Positions 22,561-35,397 of a stretch of 64,000 nucleotides of DNA are shown here, piece after piece. The notes below the pieces were generated by a model. The model did not search any database, had not been told where the DNA came from, and worked only from the letters and a program-made list of their open reading frames with translations. Source of the DNA: Podarcis filfolensis (taxonomy: Eukaryota); the NCBI GenBank assembly GCA_964270895.1, contig OZ185437.1; one strand, written 5' to 3'. Both the position numbers and the translations under genes were made by a program. Positions within the stretch are counted from its first letter, which is position 1; each line of letters starts with the position of its first letter.

Positions 22561-23424
22561 ACACCATACAAATATGGACCAGACTACCCAGGACCCTTCT
22601 AAAACACTGACAAACTGCACTTATTCTGCTTCATAACAAAAATAATAATCCAGTACTTACAAATTATGCAGATTAACAGGAATCTGAATATAGTGGATGG
22701 TCACTTTTAATGGTATGTAGCATTATAAACTAAACTAACCAGCTGTATAATAAGAATTCAATCAAATTGAATTACTTTCCACCATCACCATAAATCAATT
22801 TTAATTAACAGCCAGATCTTACTTCTGAGCAAGCCCCATGAAAAATCTCCATAGGATTGCATCCTTCGCTCTATATTTGTAACACATGTACATTATATTC
22901 TATAATTAAGGATTTAGCCAGCAAATTGGTCTCTCTGAATGACTACATAATGCATTCTTCATTCACAATCCAGTTAATCCAATGAAAAGGGATTTGCTTG
23001 ATATTTTTTTTACACTTCCTGGCTCTCAGACAACTGCAAATCCCAACATGCAAAGAAGTGCTGCAACTTTTCAAAAATCTCACCCAATACAGTACTCCTA
23101 AAAACCACACTATATTGAGGTAATAGCATGAGTAGTTTTACTTATTTGTTTCTGGATCTATTCAGATGGAAGGCATATTACATTTTTAATAAAATAAATA
23201 GCTAAAGCACTAAAAAGAGTAAAAATAAGACAGAGCAAGGAGAGCAGCTCATTTCTAAAAGCTGTTGGATTGTTAATTTATTTGCCATATATATACCAGC
23301 ATATCTACATATAAAAATGCCCACATTGCTAACAACCATCATGTCCCACTAAAAATACAATGTTTCACACCACCATCTGCAGTCACAACAAACCATATAC
23401 AAAAACTACAGCAGAAAAAGTTAC

Positions 23425-23776
23425 CCTCCCTTGGGAAGGCAGCACTATAAGAAGGGATAGTCGAAGACAGGAGTGAAGTTTCTGGCAGTCCATTGCCATG
23501 CATATTCACTACTCCATATTCACTACTCTTATTGTGTGCCACAAAGGATATTCCCAAATAAAGTGCAGCAAGTGTTTTCAAAGAAGTGGCCCTAGATGGG
23601 GGGCAGGAGACACTATCTGGGCTCTGCTTCAAGCAGCAAAATGGGTCAGTACTGGAATGACAATGAACCTTAAGACCCTCCTTTGAAGGAAGTCTGTCAC
23701 TCCCAACCCACAATGTATTTATAGTCAGCTGAGCATGGATTTGTTGAACAGGCACTGTACATGTCCAAGGCAGCAC
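23425..23776 (-). CDS. Candidate upstream coding exon (VLPWTC...MHGNGLPETSLLSSTIPSYSAAFPRE) with phase-1 donor matching the acceptor at 20945
   Basis: 117 open codons; GAGG|GTAACT donor; ATG with A at -3 at 23503; joins as ...FPRE-D-SLAAVLDLLIPAEMGKP. Confidence 0.45.
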
Positions 23777-25099
23777 CTGAACTGACACACGCAGCTACTC
23801 CTTCCATTTAAATGAATGGGGAAGACCATCTGTAAAGGAGCTCCATGTGAGCATTAGAATACACAGAGGGCTCTGGACAAATGATAAGGTCTGTATGCAG
23901 ACAGCCACCCCAAATGTATGTCGAGTTTTTTCTTTAATGTAGTGGTAGTAAATTATTATTCTTTCTTCATTTTATATTTAAGCTGCAAAACAGATGCAAA
24001 TATTGAAGTTGGTGCAGCGACAAAATATAATTTTACTTTTGAAGGCGCCTGTGAAAAGAAACCACATACTTCAGGGAAGAGTTAACACATTGCACTGATT
24101 CAATCAACAAGGTAAGAGGCCACCATCTACGACACTGACCTAAACCAATTTAAATATTAGTTCAAGCACATCAACTGGAATATTCATCCGGGCCCAGATC
24201 TCCTATGAAGCGCAATTAGAAGGCACCTCTTGACATATATCTGAACACTGGAAATAGACTGAAACGACCCTTTCCGCATCTAGTAATGGTCTAAATGGGG
24301 GAGGGGATTTAATGAGCCATTCAGTGATAGAAACTGACATAAATTCCATGTGCTTTAATAAATAAAAGAATAAATAAAGAGTGTGGCAGGTTTATGGCTG
24401 AAATATTTTGCAGACATTTCAAGGATTGTAATTACGTGGCAGAGATTGAACGCTGCTTCCCCACAACCCCACCCTAGAATGAAGTAGCTCATTAAAATGT
24501 TCAGCAAAATACAAACTAAACAAGGGCTTTTGTTTTTCAGGATCATCTTAGCTGGTTGGCTCTTTGTGAGGAAATGGGCATGGTGTAACCCAAGTAAAGC
24601 AAGTTCATCTGCTGAATTTTTCTTTTGCCCACGTTCATTCAATGCGTACTTTCTTTAAAGCACAAAGGTATACAATAAAACTGAATGAAAGTGAGAGAAT
24701 GAAAGAGAAACACCATGAAATACAATATGCCAGCTACTGTAAGTAACTGAAAATGGAGCTTTGATTGGAAACACTGGAAGATTTGTTCTTGGGTAGGATT
24801 TCTGAATACAAAACAAAATCCTCTTTTCTCTATGTAAATACCGATAGATAAGATATAAGAACTACAAGCAGACAATCTTCTTCTCAACTACCCAAAAGCA
24901 ATACTCGTTAAAAGTGGACTGACTACTGTTAATTGTAAAAACATATGCCTATGGACCATCGTTCTTGGTAATGATTTCAAAGGAGAGTCACTAGTCGCAA
25001 TTCCAATTTGCTATTCCCTTCCTCCAATGAGCTTGGGACTACCACTTGAACTTTATTACTTTACTATTACTTAGTGGTCTGCTTTGCACGTCATGTATA

Positions 25100-25780
25100 T
25101 CCATTTGTTTATTTCACAACATTTATATACCGTTGATTATAATAAAACCTCAAAGCGGTTTACAAAAAGAATAAACCAGTAACAATAACAGTAATTTTTT
25201 TTTACTAAAAACAAGTATTTAAAACATTCAAAACAAGTAAAAACAACAATAAGCTAAAACTGGGTCCAGGCACTGTTCCAAGGCATGCAAAATTGCTCCT
25301 AATTCAGATGTTATGGCTGAGTGACACCAGCATACTTATGGTACCTGGCCACAAAACTTCTAATGGCAGCTCCCAGTCAGGAAATTGTTGCTACCAATCT
25401 AAACTATACTAGGTAATGATCAGACCATGACAAAGCAGTGCACTTCCACACCCAACCTCAGTCCATCCCTCATGTCATTTGGGGCAAAGACTACATCAAG
25501 GGTGTCTCCTAAATGATGTGTTGGACCAATGACCATTTGAGAGAGCTGCATGGTTGTAATGAAGGCCTTAAGTCTTGAGCTCAGCCAATACAGTGGCAGC
25601 CTCTAATGGATATTGAAGTAGTCCAGAGACTACCTTGACCAGCTTGATCAAGCATGCTGCTGGGCAACAGGGTAGTTGATAGACCAGCAGCATCCCCAGT
25701 CTGCTTCTTTGGCCAAGCTCCAGGTGCAGACCCTCTGATAGCCTGTCCCAGGATCAAGAGATTTGCCAGTAAAGGAGATG
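25100..25780 (-). mobile_element. Old L2-type LINE fragment
   Basis: L2-like 3' tail near 25110-25165 and degenerate RT-like sequence upstream; ends approximate. Confidence 0.5.
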
Positions 25781-26309
25781 GTGCAGTTATGGACAATAGC
25801 AATACACGTACCCTCAACCCCTCACCGTAGCCTACTGCTAAAACAAGGAACGGAGACCAAAAAGCTAGGTGTCTGCCTCAAATGGTGGTCGTCCACAGGA
25901 AACACCTTGGTTACAGATCATGATTATGCTGGAGAGAGACATGCCACAAGCCCAAGTTAAGATGACAGGCTAAGTCAAACCATGGCTTAGCTCAGTCTGG
26001 TGCAGCAGCAAAACAACTGAGGAGCAGCAAGATGACCATTATCTCCTCTCTGGGAGCTGCACACTTGCACTAAGACATGGTTTGTCTTAGTGTGGCATGA
26101 AAACCAGGTCACTGTCTGAAAGAAGCCCACACCATCATCTCAAAAGGTATATACTGTGAGAAAAATCTACAATTTTGTAGTTGACTGTTGACTTATTACT
26201 GGATAAAGTGGATAATGTGAACCACTTTTCATATTCCTATTTGTAAATGAAGCGTGGTTTAAAACTCATTTAAATATATAAAAATAGATAATACGGATTA
26301 TCAGGAATA

Positions 26310-26520
26310 ATATAATATAATTAATTCATTAATTCATTAATATACCGCCCTATACCCACAGGTCTCAGGGCGGTTAACAGGATAAAATCACAATATAAAA
26401 ACACAAAATACATAAACAAAATAAACACAAGAACAACCCAATAACCCCCCCAAAAAATAATCAGAGAGCGAAAACGAAATTTAAAAAACACAGTATTTGT
26501 AATAAAACATATAAAAATAC
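26310..26520 (-). mobile_element. 5'-truncated L2-type LINE 3' end
   Basis: tataccgccctatacccacaggtctcagggcggttaacag motif next to (TTAA/TTCA)-type tail. Confidence 0.65.
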
Positions 26521-29168
26521 CCATCAGGTATCGTCAAGGAGTAGATTAAAAGATCAATTTAACTGTCTTTCAAATCAAAACATTTTAGCCATTGGTCCCC
26601 CTCAGGGTAACCATTCATAGAATGGTTCATAGAAATAATAATACAAAGCTCTATTTTTCTTCTTCTTGCAAACATAGGTGCACATCTTCAAGAAAGAGAG
26701 GTCCTTCCGAAAGGACCTTCAGAAGTGTGCTATTAAACCCATTCAAGTTGCCCTCACATAACCTGAATCGGATGCTAAAGACAAAGAAATAGACTAATCT
26801 TTGTAATCCAACAACAGGGATTTGTGAAGCTCTGTGTGCAACTGTTGCCAAAATGCATTGTTGCATGTGATGAACACATAATAAACAATAAACTTGGCAC
26901 ATATTATCATTTATAGCGGGAATGTCAGTTGGTGCAAAATTTAATTTAATTTTGAGAGAAATGATAAATATCACTAAAGAAAATATTGCTTGTTGTCCAG
27001 AATTAATGCTACTGAATATTTTTGATGATACCAATGTAAATATATATTGTCAAAAGAACTGGTCTTATATATGATCTTGACAGCATGAATAGTAATTGCA
27101 ACTCAATAGAAAACAACCCAAAATCTTACACTTTTGATATGATTTGGCATTGCTTTATGACATATACAGCGGCACCATAATTTTCAAGACAACCTTTGTC
27201 ACATGCCTGGCAAATCTGCAACTATAGATGATCTGGTAAAGTTGAAAGTCTTTACTTTGTTATTTTAACTCATTCTACATTCCTATTTTATAGTTTTGTT
27301 TTTCATCCTTTTATTTTTTGTCTCTTGTTCTAACTGTTCCATATACATTATAAAACGAAGTAATAATTACAAACTTTACCCAAAGACATAACAGAATTGT
27401 TCCAATTCTTACTGCAAATTACAAAAAGAAAGCCTGAACAGGCCAGTAGATTGCACAGACTACAGCTCCTCAGGGATATCATTGATCCCCTTTCAAGGAT
27501 GTGGTGGAGAAAGACAGAGGAAATTCTCAAACGTCTGTTCATCCCATATTTATCTGGGGCATACCTTGCATTGTTATATGGCAAGGAAAGCCTGTCACAT
27601 TTCTTTTTAAAAAGAAAAGCCAGTAAAACAATACAGAAAAACAAATGGTAGTAGCACAACCACTATCATCACAGCAGCAGAGATATCTGCTAAGAGCCAT
27701 CAGCTACCCTCAGTCAAAGGGTTTGCAAAAGAGCTCTTAAAGAGCTTGTGAAATGTACACAATGGTGGGTCCAGAAATGCTTTCCTGGGGAGGGCAGTCC
27801 AGAGCACTGGTGCCCTAACTGATATTGCCCTGTTCATTGTTCTCACCCACTGCATATCTGCTGTTGGGGAGATGCAAAGCAAGACCTCTGACGTTGCTTG
27901 GTCACTGAAGGAAATACATAGGAAAAAGCAATCCTTTAAGTACTTTTTATGACTTTCAAGTTTAAAAAACCCATCTTGGAAGCAAGTGTACCTTAAAAAG
28001 TGGTTGCTTCCACTGCCCACTGTTATATCTCTTCAGGTACTATTGTCTGATAACCTGAAAGAGGGCTTTTTCATCAGGGGAGCCCTATCTTTGGCTCAGA
28101 AGGGCTCCTTCTGTTATTTTTTGTATGCCAGGTAAATAATGTTTCATTTGCTCAGGCCTTTATATGCCTTTATTCTACTGATTCTGGTGTTGAGCAGGCA
28201 AGAGGACCTAGTGTTGTGCTTCCCTTCTGTGCCATCTTAGGAGATGAAAGTTCATTATGGAATGGAAGTTAGCACCTAGTGCCCAAGGCAGGGTTGTTTC
28301 TTTTGCTTTCAGCCACTGAGTTTATCTTAGGCACACTGGATATTAAAATAAATTCTGCCAGACAGCTTTCTTGGATGAGGGCCGGGGTTACAAGACAGAA
28401 ACCAGAACTATGCTTCAGCAGAACAAATGCACAGCCAGTGGCCTGTTGCCCTTGCCTTAGCTCACCTCCACACTTCTTTGTTTTGCCCTGACTGATTGAT
28501 CAGTACTTTTCTTGATCCTGGGAACCAGGTTTGGATGAAACCTCTTGGCTGCATAATGCCTGGCATGATCCCAGGCCATGACTCTTGGGACAACCCCCAG
28601 GAATGAAAGCTAATCTCAGCCTTTTTGAACCTCGCCCAGGACTCTGCTTGACCTCACCTTCACTCTGTCACAGGAGGGCTGGCTCTTCATATGGTGCACA
28701 TAGTAAATGAAATAAATATCTGCCACTAATACATATATAAGCACCAGCTGTCAGAGAAGACAGTTGAATTGCAGCTTCTTCAGTTCCTCTCCCCATTGTC
28801 TTTTATTTGGAATTGTTTGATATGAACACACTACTCAGAGCAGGATCTATTTCTTCCTGCATGCCTGTGCAATGCCTCTGGGGCGTGGGATGCTGGAGGC
28901 TGTGTTCATTGTGCTTTGTCTTGCTCTCTGGGAAAGATTATGGCTATATTCTGAATGGGTGTGGAGGTGGGGAAAGTTCAGGGCTGCTCCTGCCCTCATT
29001 CTATCCCATCATTCAGCAATCTGTTCATGAGAAGGCTCTCCTGCCACAGAAGCACTGAGCCTCCTCAGCTGGGCAGTATAGTAACAATGGGAAGCAAAGG
29101 AAATACAAAGATTCTTAAAGAATCCCAACTTTTAAAGTAAATTGAACTGTGTTAGTTAAGCTCTAGGG

Positions 29169-29304
29169 CAGTGTTTCCCAAATTTTGGTCTCTAGCTGTT
29201 GCTGGACTAAAATTCCCATCATCTCTAGCTAGCAGGATTGGTGGTCAGGGATGATAGAATTTGTAGTTTAACAATAGCTGGAGATCCAAGTTTGGGAAAG
29301 TTTG
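29169..29304. mobile_element. Palindromic hAT-type MITE
   Basis: cagtgtttcccaaatt ... tttgggaaagtttg inverted ends; flanked by ctctaggg/ctctgaat, similar to the NTCTAGAN target. Confidence 0.65.
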
Positions 29305-30131
29305 CTCTGAATAACAAAAGCTGCAGTTGACAACCCTTCTGCATGCTTGAATGGAAGCATGATTTAGTGTATTTGCACTAAATGACCATTTAAAAATTAC
29401 CATTAATCATGACAGCTGTGGGAGAGGAAAGGAGAGGAGAGGAAAACCCAAGAAGCTCAGCTTTGCTGGAGATCTTCAAAGCAAAATGCAGGACATTCTG
29501 TTTTAAAACAACTTAAGAATGCTTCTCTAATAACTTTTGACCAAAGAGAAGACCATCTTCTCAGTTTCTAAATTGCTTCATGAGAACACTGAGCTGAGAA
29601 CACTTCATACAACTTCAGACCACAACCCTCAAATTACTTGTAAATTCCAAGGACCCCCAAACCAAAGGAGCATGTGATATCACTTCCTGTTGGACAACTC
29701 AAGTCTTATTCATTACAAGGCAAATAAAAATGTTATGATGTAACTATTTTGCAGCAATTACGTTTCTCCGTTGAAATTAGAGGCGGCATTTGAATTCATA
29801 AACAAACAAACAAACAAAACTTGCTTATTTATAAAGCTTTAGATCTCAAGACGGGAATGCATTGGGTGGAATGTATGTTATGTTAGATCTCACTCATCTT
29901 AAAATAGGCAAAAAGCACCCTCTGTTGGGAAACATGAAAAATGACTTTGAACACAATTCTTAAGAAACTGACTGGCTTATAACACATGATCTATAAGCTG
30001 AAAAAGGAGGGCCAACCCAATCACTTTTCCTTGGGGGTCTAGACTACCAAGGAGCTCACGTCACAATATTCCTACAGTTAGTTTTCATTTTACAGTACAG
30101 AATTCTAAAAACTCAGAAAGGTCCTTCTTAC

Positions 30132-31606
30132 CTTAAATACGTTCAGCTGCTGATTTATCGTCTCAATTTCCATTCCAACAGAACCCTGGGACTCTTCATG
30201 CTCTTCAACTTCCCCAAGCAGTTTAGAAAACCCCTTTAGTTTACTGTAGAACTCTTCAACGCGGCTAATAGTCCCTTCAATCTGTTCATCTCTGGCTTTT
30301 GCTCTGTCTAGCAACTTGTTGCACTGCTTATTTAAAGCCTCCAAGTCCCGTTTTATACCTGCAAGATCTGGAGAAGCTTCAGCTTCATTTGCTAGCATCA
30401 TTTTGCAGGTATTATTTGCATTTTCATTACTGGTTATGAGTTCCTCCAACTTTTTCAGGAAAGTTTTTATATCCTTTCGCTGTGACTGCAGTGTGACAAG
30501 ATCCCTACCCACAGAATCCATGCTGTCCAATTCATCGTCGAACTCTGCAAACTGAGAAAACATCTCTCGGATGCTGTTTTGGAAATGGCCAATTCCCTGG
30601 AGTTTAGTCTCCAGGAATGAACATTTATCTTCAACCTGCTGACTGATGGTGCTGAATTCTTCTTCTAACGTTTCTGCCTGCAACAAGAGGTCAGAGACAC
30701 CTGATGAATCTGAAGCATCTGCCACCAGTTCTTGGGCCAGCTTTTTTGTAAGGTCCACTTGAGCCTTCACGGCCTGGAGTGTTTTCTGCTGAGCCTGCAT
30801 AATTGTCAAGTGTTTGTTACTGTAAGTCTGGGGTTTGAGAGAATCGTGTGTTTCCAGCTGTTCTCTGGCATTCTTCAGCTGCTCTTCAACATCCTTTGAT
30901 GACTCTTGAAACTCTTTCAGTCTCTGAGACATCTTTTCCAGACCATCTCTCTTAGCATGCAGTTGTTCTGTGACTATATCCATGTTCTGGATCAGCAGTG
31001 TCTTCTCCTCTTCAATAATGTCTTTGTCTGTCTGACAGGCACTGAGTAATGTCTCAGCTGCATTACTTAACAGTTCCACCAACCCTTGGTGTTTGTCTAG
31101 GTCCTTCTGCCAGCTCTTCACCTGAGCGATGGAATTCTCTAGCCGAACAGGATCTATGCTCATTTCTATTTGAGAGGTATTGCTTTGGCATTTCGCTATC
31201 CAGGGTTGTAGGTTTTCTACATGCTCTCTGTATCTAAGGGCTTTTTCCAAACAATCATTTAATTTATCTTGCCTTTCTTTAACTTGCTTGTTCATTTCAT
31301 CCCAGTTACCTCTGAGCAAGTTCAGCTGGGCCTGCAGCTCAGCCTTCTCTGCTCCCTGAGTCTTTTGGAGTAAACTTTCACCTTCTGTGATGATTTTTTC
31401 ATAAGAACCAGTCTGGTCAGACAAGGCAGCCTTGAACTCTTTCTGATCATCAATTAATGTCCACAGAGACTCCAGCTTGGTAGAGATGGGACAAGGCTGA
31501 TTCTGTTCTTCCTTCTTTTTGTCCAACCAGGCCTGAAAGTCCTTAGACATTTGCTGGAACTGATGAGAACTAACGTAAGTTGACTGAAGTTGCTCAATGT
31601 GATTGC
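30132..31606 (-). CDS. DST: DST large rod exon ([11 protein letters not shown]...QQLNVFK), 1475 nt, phase 1-0
   Basis: tcttctgcag|GCAATC acceptor, AAG|GTAAGA donor; ORF 30105..31631. Confidence 0.97.
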
Positions 31607-31660
31607 CTGCAGAAGACAAATAAACAAACAAACAGAAGGTCTTAAAATCCGTGTCTTCTC

Positions 31661-31732
31661 TTCTAACTAGGCTTCTAACTAGGATTTTGGCTTCTAACTA
31701 GGATTTTGAGTGGCTTCTAACTAGGATTTTGG
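31661..31732. repeat. Tandem repeat of ~19-bp unit CTTCTAACTAGGATTTTGG (3 copies plus a partial)
   Basis: Direct reading. Confidence 0.9.
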
Positions 31733-32689
31733 TTGATGTTATTTCAATCAAGGAGAAACATTATGTTATAGGAAAATGCACCCTATTGCAATTTGAGATG
31801 TTTTATTAAACATTATTCTTCATTGGAGCTTGTTAGCTGATGAGTTTATTGAAGACCACCAGCTTGGAAAATAATAGTACTGCAGCCTAAATTATAACCC
31901 CTTGATAATAATAATCATCCCTTGACAACAAGGGATTCTTGAGGGTGGGGAACTAATCAGGTAACCAGGATAGTATGATCACTAGTGCCACTATAAACAT
32001 CACAAACATAAACGACATGCACTATGAACAGTAAAGCTTGAAGTAATCCCTCAACAGTCATTGAGATAAAATGCTTCCAAAGATCACTGCCAGTCCTGTT
32101 GCAACTTTACAGAACTCCTGTTGGGACTCCCTTGTTGAGTCTGAAACACTCCCTCCCCAAAGTAAGGGCTCATCCATACTTGTCCTGTGCCTAGAAAGCA
32201 TAGGTCCAAGCAGTTTTCTGCTTTCCTAGCTAATTCTGTTTCCATGCCTGGAAAGCATGGATCCAAGCAGCTTTGCCCTGTCACTTTCCCCTGGAAAACC
32301 CGCCCTTTAGTGCTAAACGGAACAAATGGCAATCAGGTTTTGCTGTTTGTTCTGTTTCAGCACTAAACCGCCAATTTCTGCAGGGGAAAGCAGCAGGGCA
32401 TATAGAAGTGTGGATGAACCCTAAGACTGTCTGAAACTGTGGCACGGTCAAGAAAAATACACAAAGGTTGGAGAAATATATGCATTTTCCCTACATAAAT
32501 TTCACACAGAAGCATTAATTTACAATGTGTGAATCACTCACTGGTAAACACATATACAATCTACTGTCAATCACATGTCATTTGATATCTTAAAAAATTC
32601 AAATAACTGGCATAGTCTAGAAATATGCAGCTATTCTCACCCACCCATTCATAGAATCTAGGCCCTCAATATCATCTCAACTCATTTGA

Positions 32690-32817
32690 TGTGGTTTATT
32701 TATTGTTTATGACTTTTGTAATTATGTAAATCTTGTCATGCTGTAAGCCGCCTTGAGCATTGGTTTTTTAACTGTGGAAAGGCGGCATACAAATAAAAAA
32801 TGATGATGATGATGATA
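32690..32817 (+). mobile_element. L2-type LINE 3' end with (TGA)n tail abutting a DST donor
   Basis: tgtaagccgccttgagc...aaaggcggcatacaaataaaaaatgatgatgat. Confidence 0.7.
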
Positions 32818-32823
32818 ACGAAC

Positions 32824-33319
32824 CTGCTTTTTGTTCCATATCGTGAAAGGGTTTTAAGATGCCATCCAATTGCCTAGCTAGTTCAGCTTTCAAGTAATCT
32901 TCTGCCACCAGTGCGGACAATTCCTCACACAGAGCTTGAGCAGCCTTTCTCTTTGGCATTTCCCGTTCAATTTCTTCTTTCACTTCTCTGGCCACTTCCA
33001 GTTGCCGCTTCACAGAATCAGGGTCTGTACTTATAGCCAGGCTGCTGTTGAGTTTATCATCCAAGACACTAAGCTTCTCAGAAAGGCTTTTCAGGCAGCT
33101 TTGATATTCTGTGCTTTTCACAATGGCTTGATCAATTCGGTTGCATCGGTCACTCAGCTGTCCGGTTAAGCCATCCCATTTCTGCGCCACAGCAGCCAGT
33201 TGCTGCTTCACCATTTCATGAGAAGGTGGGTGTTCACCTGGTCTCTTCATTATCGCTTGTCCTGCTGTATTCAGCTGCTCATATTGGGGTTTTCGAGTGT
33301 CAAACTCATTGAGCAGAAT
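32824..33319 (-). CDS. DST: DST exon ([10 protein letters not shown]...DMEQKA-G), 496 nt, phase 0-1
   Basis: ctcatcag|ATTCTG acceptor, CAG|GTTCGT donor. Confidence 0.95.
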
Positions 33320-34317
33320 CTGATGAGAGAAAGTAATTTCAGGAAAGTGTAAGGAAAAACAGATATCACAAACTGTACTAGCCGTTTACCTAGTGTAGCA
33401 TCCTGGGCTGATGAGTACATGAAATAGCTCTTGGTCGTAAAAATAAAAGGCATTCTGCCAGTATCGCTTTAAGGTAGGTTAATATATTCATATTTATCCC
33501 TTACGTCTGGTTCAGACAACCTGCTGATCCAGTACTGCAACCCATGATGTGGAAGAACAGGTGCACCCTGCATCAACTCCACCATGCATATACTATCACT
33601 AAGGATAAAGAGGCACCTTGGAAAACACCTGATTTGCATGACCTAGTCTCCTGCTTTGAGACACGTGTTAAATGAATCAACCTGAGCATTGACACGTGTG
33701 GATGAAGCAGTCACCACAAATCAAATACTGTGGTTTTTACCTCATCGGCCATCACTCACTCCTGATTTTGGAAGCCAGTGTGTGTGCTGAAGGGGGAAAT
33801 TATACACTTACGTGGGAGTATTTGGAAGGAAGGATCAGTGAGTGGGCAAGAGATTAAGCACCTCCTTCTGCACTTCCAAGTGTCATCACATACCATGCAA
33901 CAGCATTAGGAGGGAAAGAAGACAGTGAGACCCCATATTTCTTTTCCAATATCTATACTGGTTGTGAGTGTGGAATATTTTGTAATTCACGTGTGATTGA
34001 TACTTGCTTATATATGCACAGGGTCATAGAAGAAAGGCACTGCCATTCATTTTCCCTTGCTCAAAACTTTAACCTCTAGCTGCACTTCTCTCGCCACACA
34101 GAAGCCCTTTTTTGTCATTATTAACATTATTAGTTCCTTTTTTTTTTTTTTAGAAAACTGATTGTTGTTTGGTGCCTTCATATTTGTTTTCAGAACTACA
34201 CTCCGCCAAAAAAAAAGGATAAACCACATTGGTGATGGGGCCACAATAGCAGCGTTTTCAACCCAGGAAGCACAGGCATCTTTCTGCAAATAATATGCAG
34301 TGGGACCAAATGCTCAC

Positions 34318-34517
34318 CTGAACTTGCTGCTTCTGCGTGTTCAACATATTTGGATCAATTGACAGTGGTCCAAGCACGCTGACCATTAATTCTTTTTCTA
34401 CCAGCCACTGTTTTAACTGAGCCTCGGTTGCCTGGAACTGGGTCAGGTAATTTGATGACTCTTCCAGTTTTTTCTGTCTGTCAGCTGTTACCTGGCTGAG
34501 TTCCCTCCATTTGGAAT
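34318..34517 (-). CDS. DST: DST exon ([11 protein letters not shown]...QKQQVQ), 200 nt, phase 1-0
   Basis: ttttttcacag|ATTCCA acceptor, CAG|GTGAGC donor. Confidence 0.95.
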
Positions 34518-35267
34518 CTGTGAAAAAATGAATGGAATATTTGTAAAATTGCATGATAATCGTAGTAATTTCACACGAAATAGTCAAACAAATAAACAAT
34601 GGCAGTGGTTTGCTGTGGACATGCAGATGGTTTCCGCTGTACTTCTCTACTAGAACAAGGGGGAGGAACAAACCATGATCCCTGGGCTTAGCTTTACACC
34701 CAACCTGGGGGTCTTGGTTTGGTTTGCTCACACAGGCCACAATCAAGAAACTGAGAACAAGCTTTGGCAAACAAACAGTGGGGCTTGTTTTCAAATGCCA
34801 AGATGGGGATTCTGATTTTGCAAGTGGCAGAAACAAACCACAAGCCCTGGCTTAGTATTATATAAAAACCAGGGATGGTGTGTTTGTTTCAGTCCAAACA
34901 AACCACAATGAAAAGCCAAGGTTTATGCTTGACTTTCGAATTGTGGTTTGTTTGAGTTAAGCAAACCAAGATCCCCGGGTTGGACGCAACGTTAAGCCAT
35001 GGATGATAGTTTACGGTTCCCATGAGCTGTTTTATCCTGACCTGTGGCTGTGGCCAATGCCTTTTAAAATATAAGATCTGATAGGATAGACCAAACCTCA
35101 CAAGCCAGTAGTCATGTATGAACAAAAGCATGTCCAGAAGAGGTTTCTAGTATGTCATGTGGATGAGGTGCAATCCTTCTCTCCAAAGCTCACAGACATT
35201 CAATCTGTGGTTTGTTTTGCCAAATGTTAGATCGTTGTCCTACACAGCAAAATAAAACCTGCCATAC

Positions 35268-35397
35268 CTATTTTATCCAACATCTGTTTCCATTTCGGTG
35301 CCTCAGGAGAGTCTGGGTTCTTCTCCAATAGCTCAGTCACTCTATCCTTCAGTTCTTGCACTTTATTCTCATTCTGTTTCAATTCTGTTTCAAATAG
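35268..35397 (-). CDS. DST: DST exon ([10 protein letters not shown]...KQMLDKI-D), 130 nt, phase 0-1
   Basis: cttcatag|CTATTT acceptor, TAG|GTATGG donor; not in ORF track. Confidence 0.95.
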
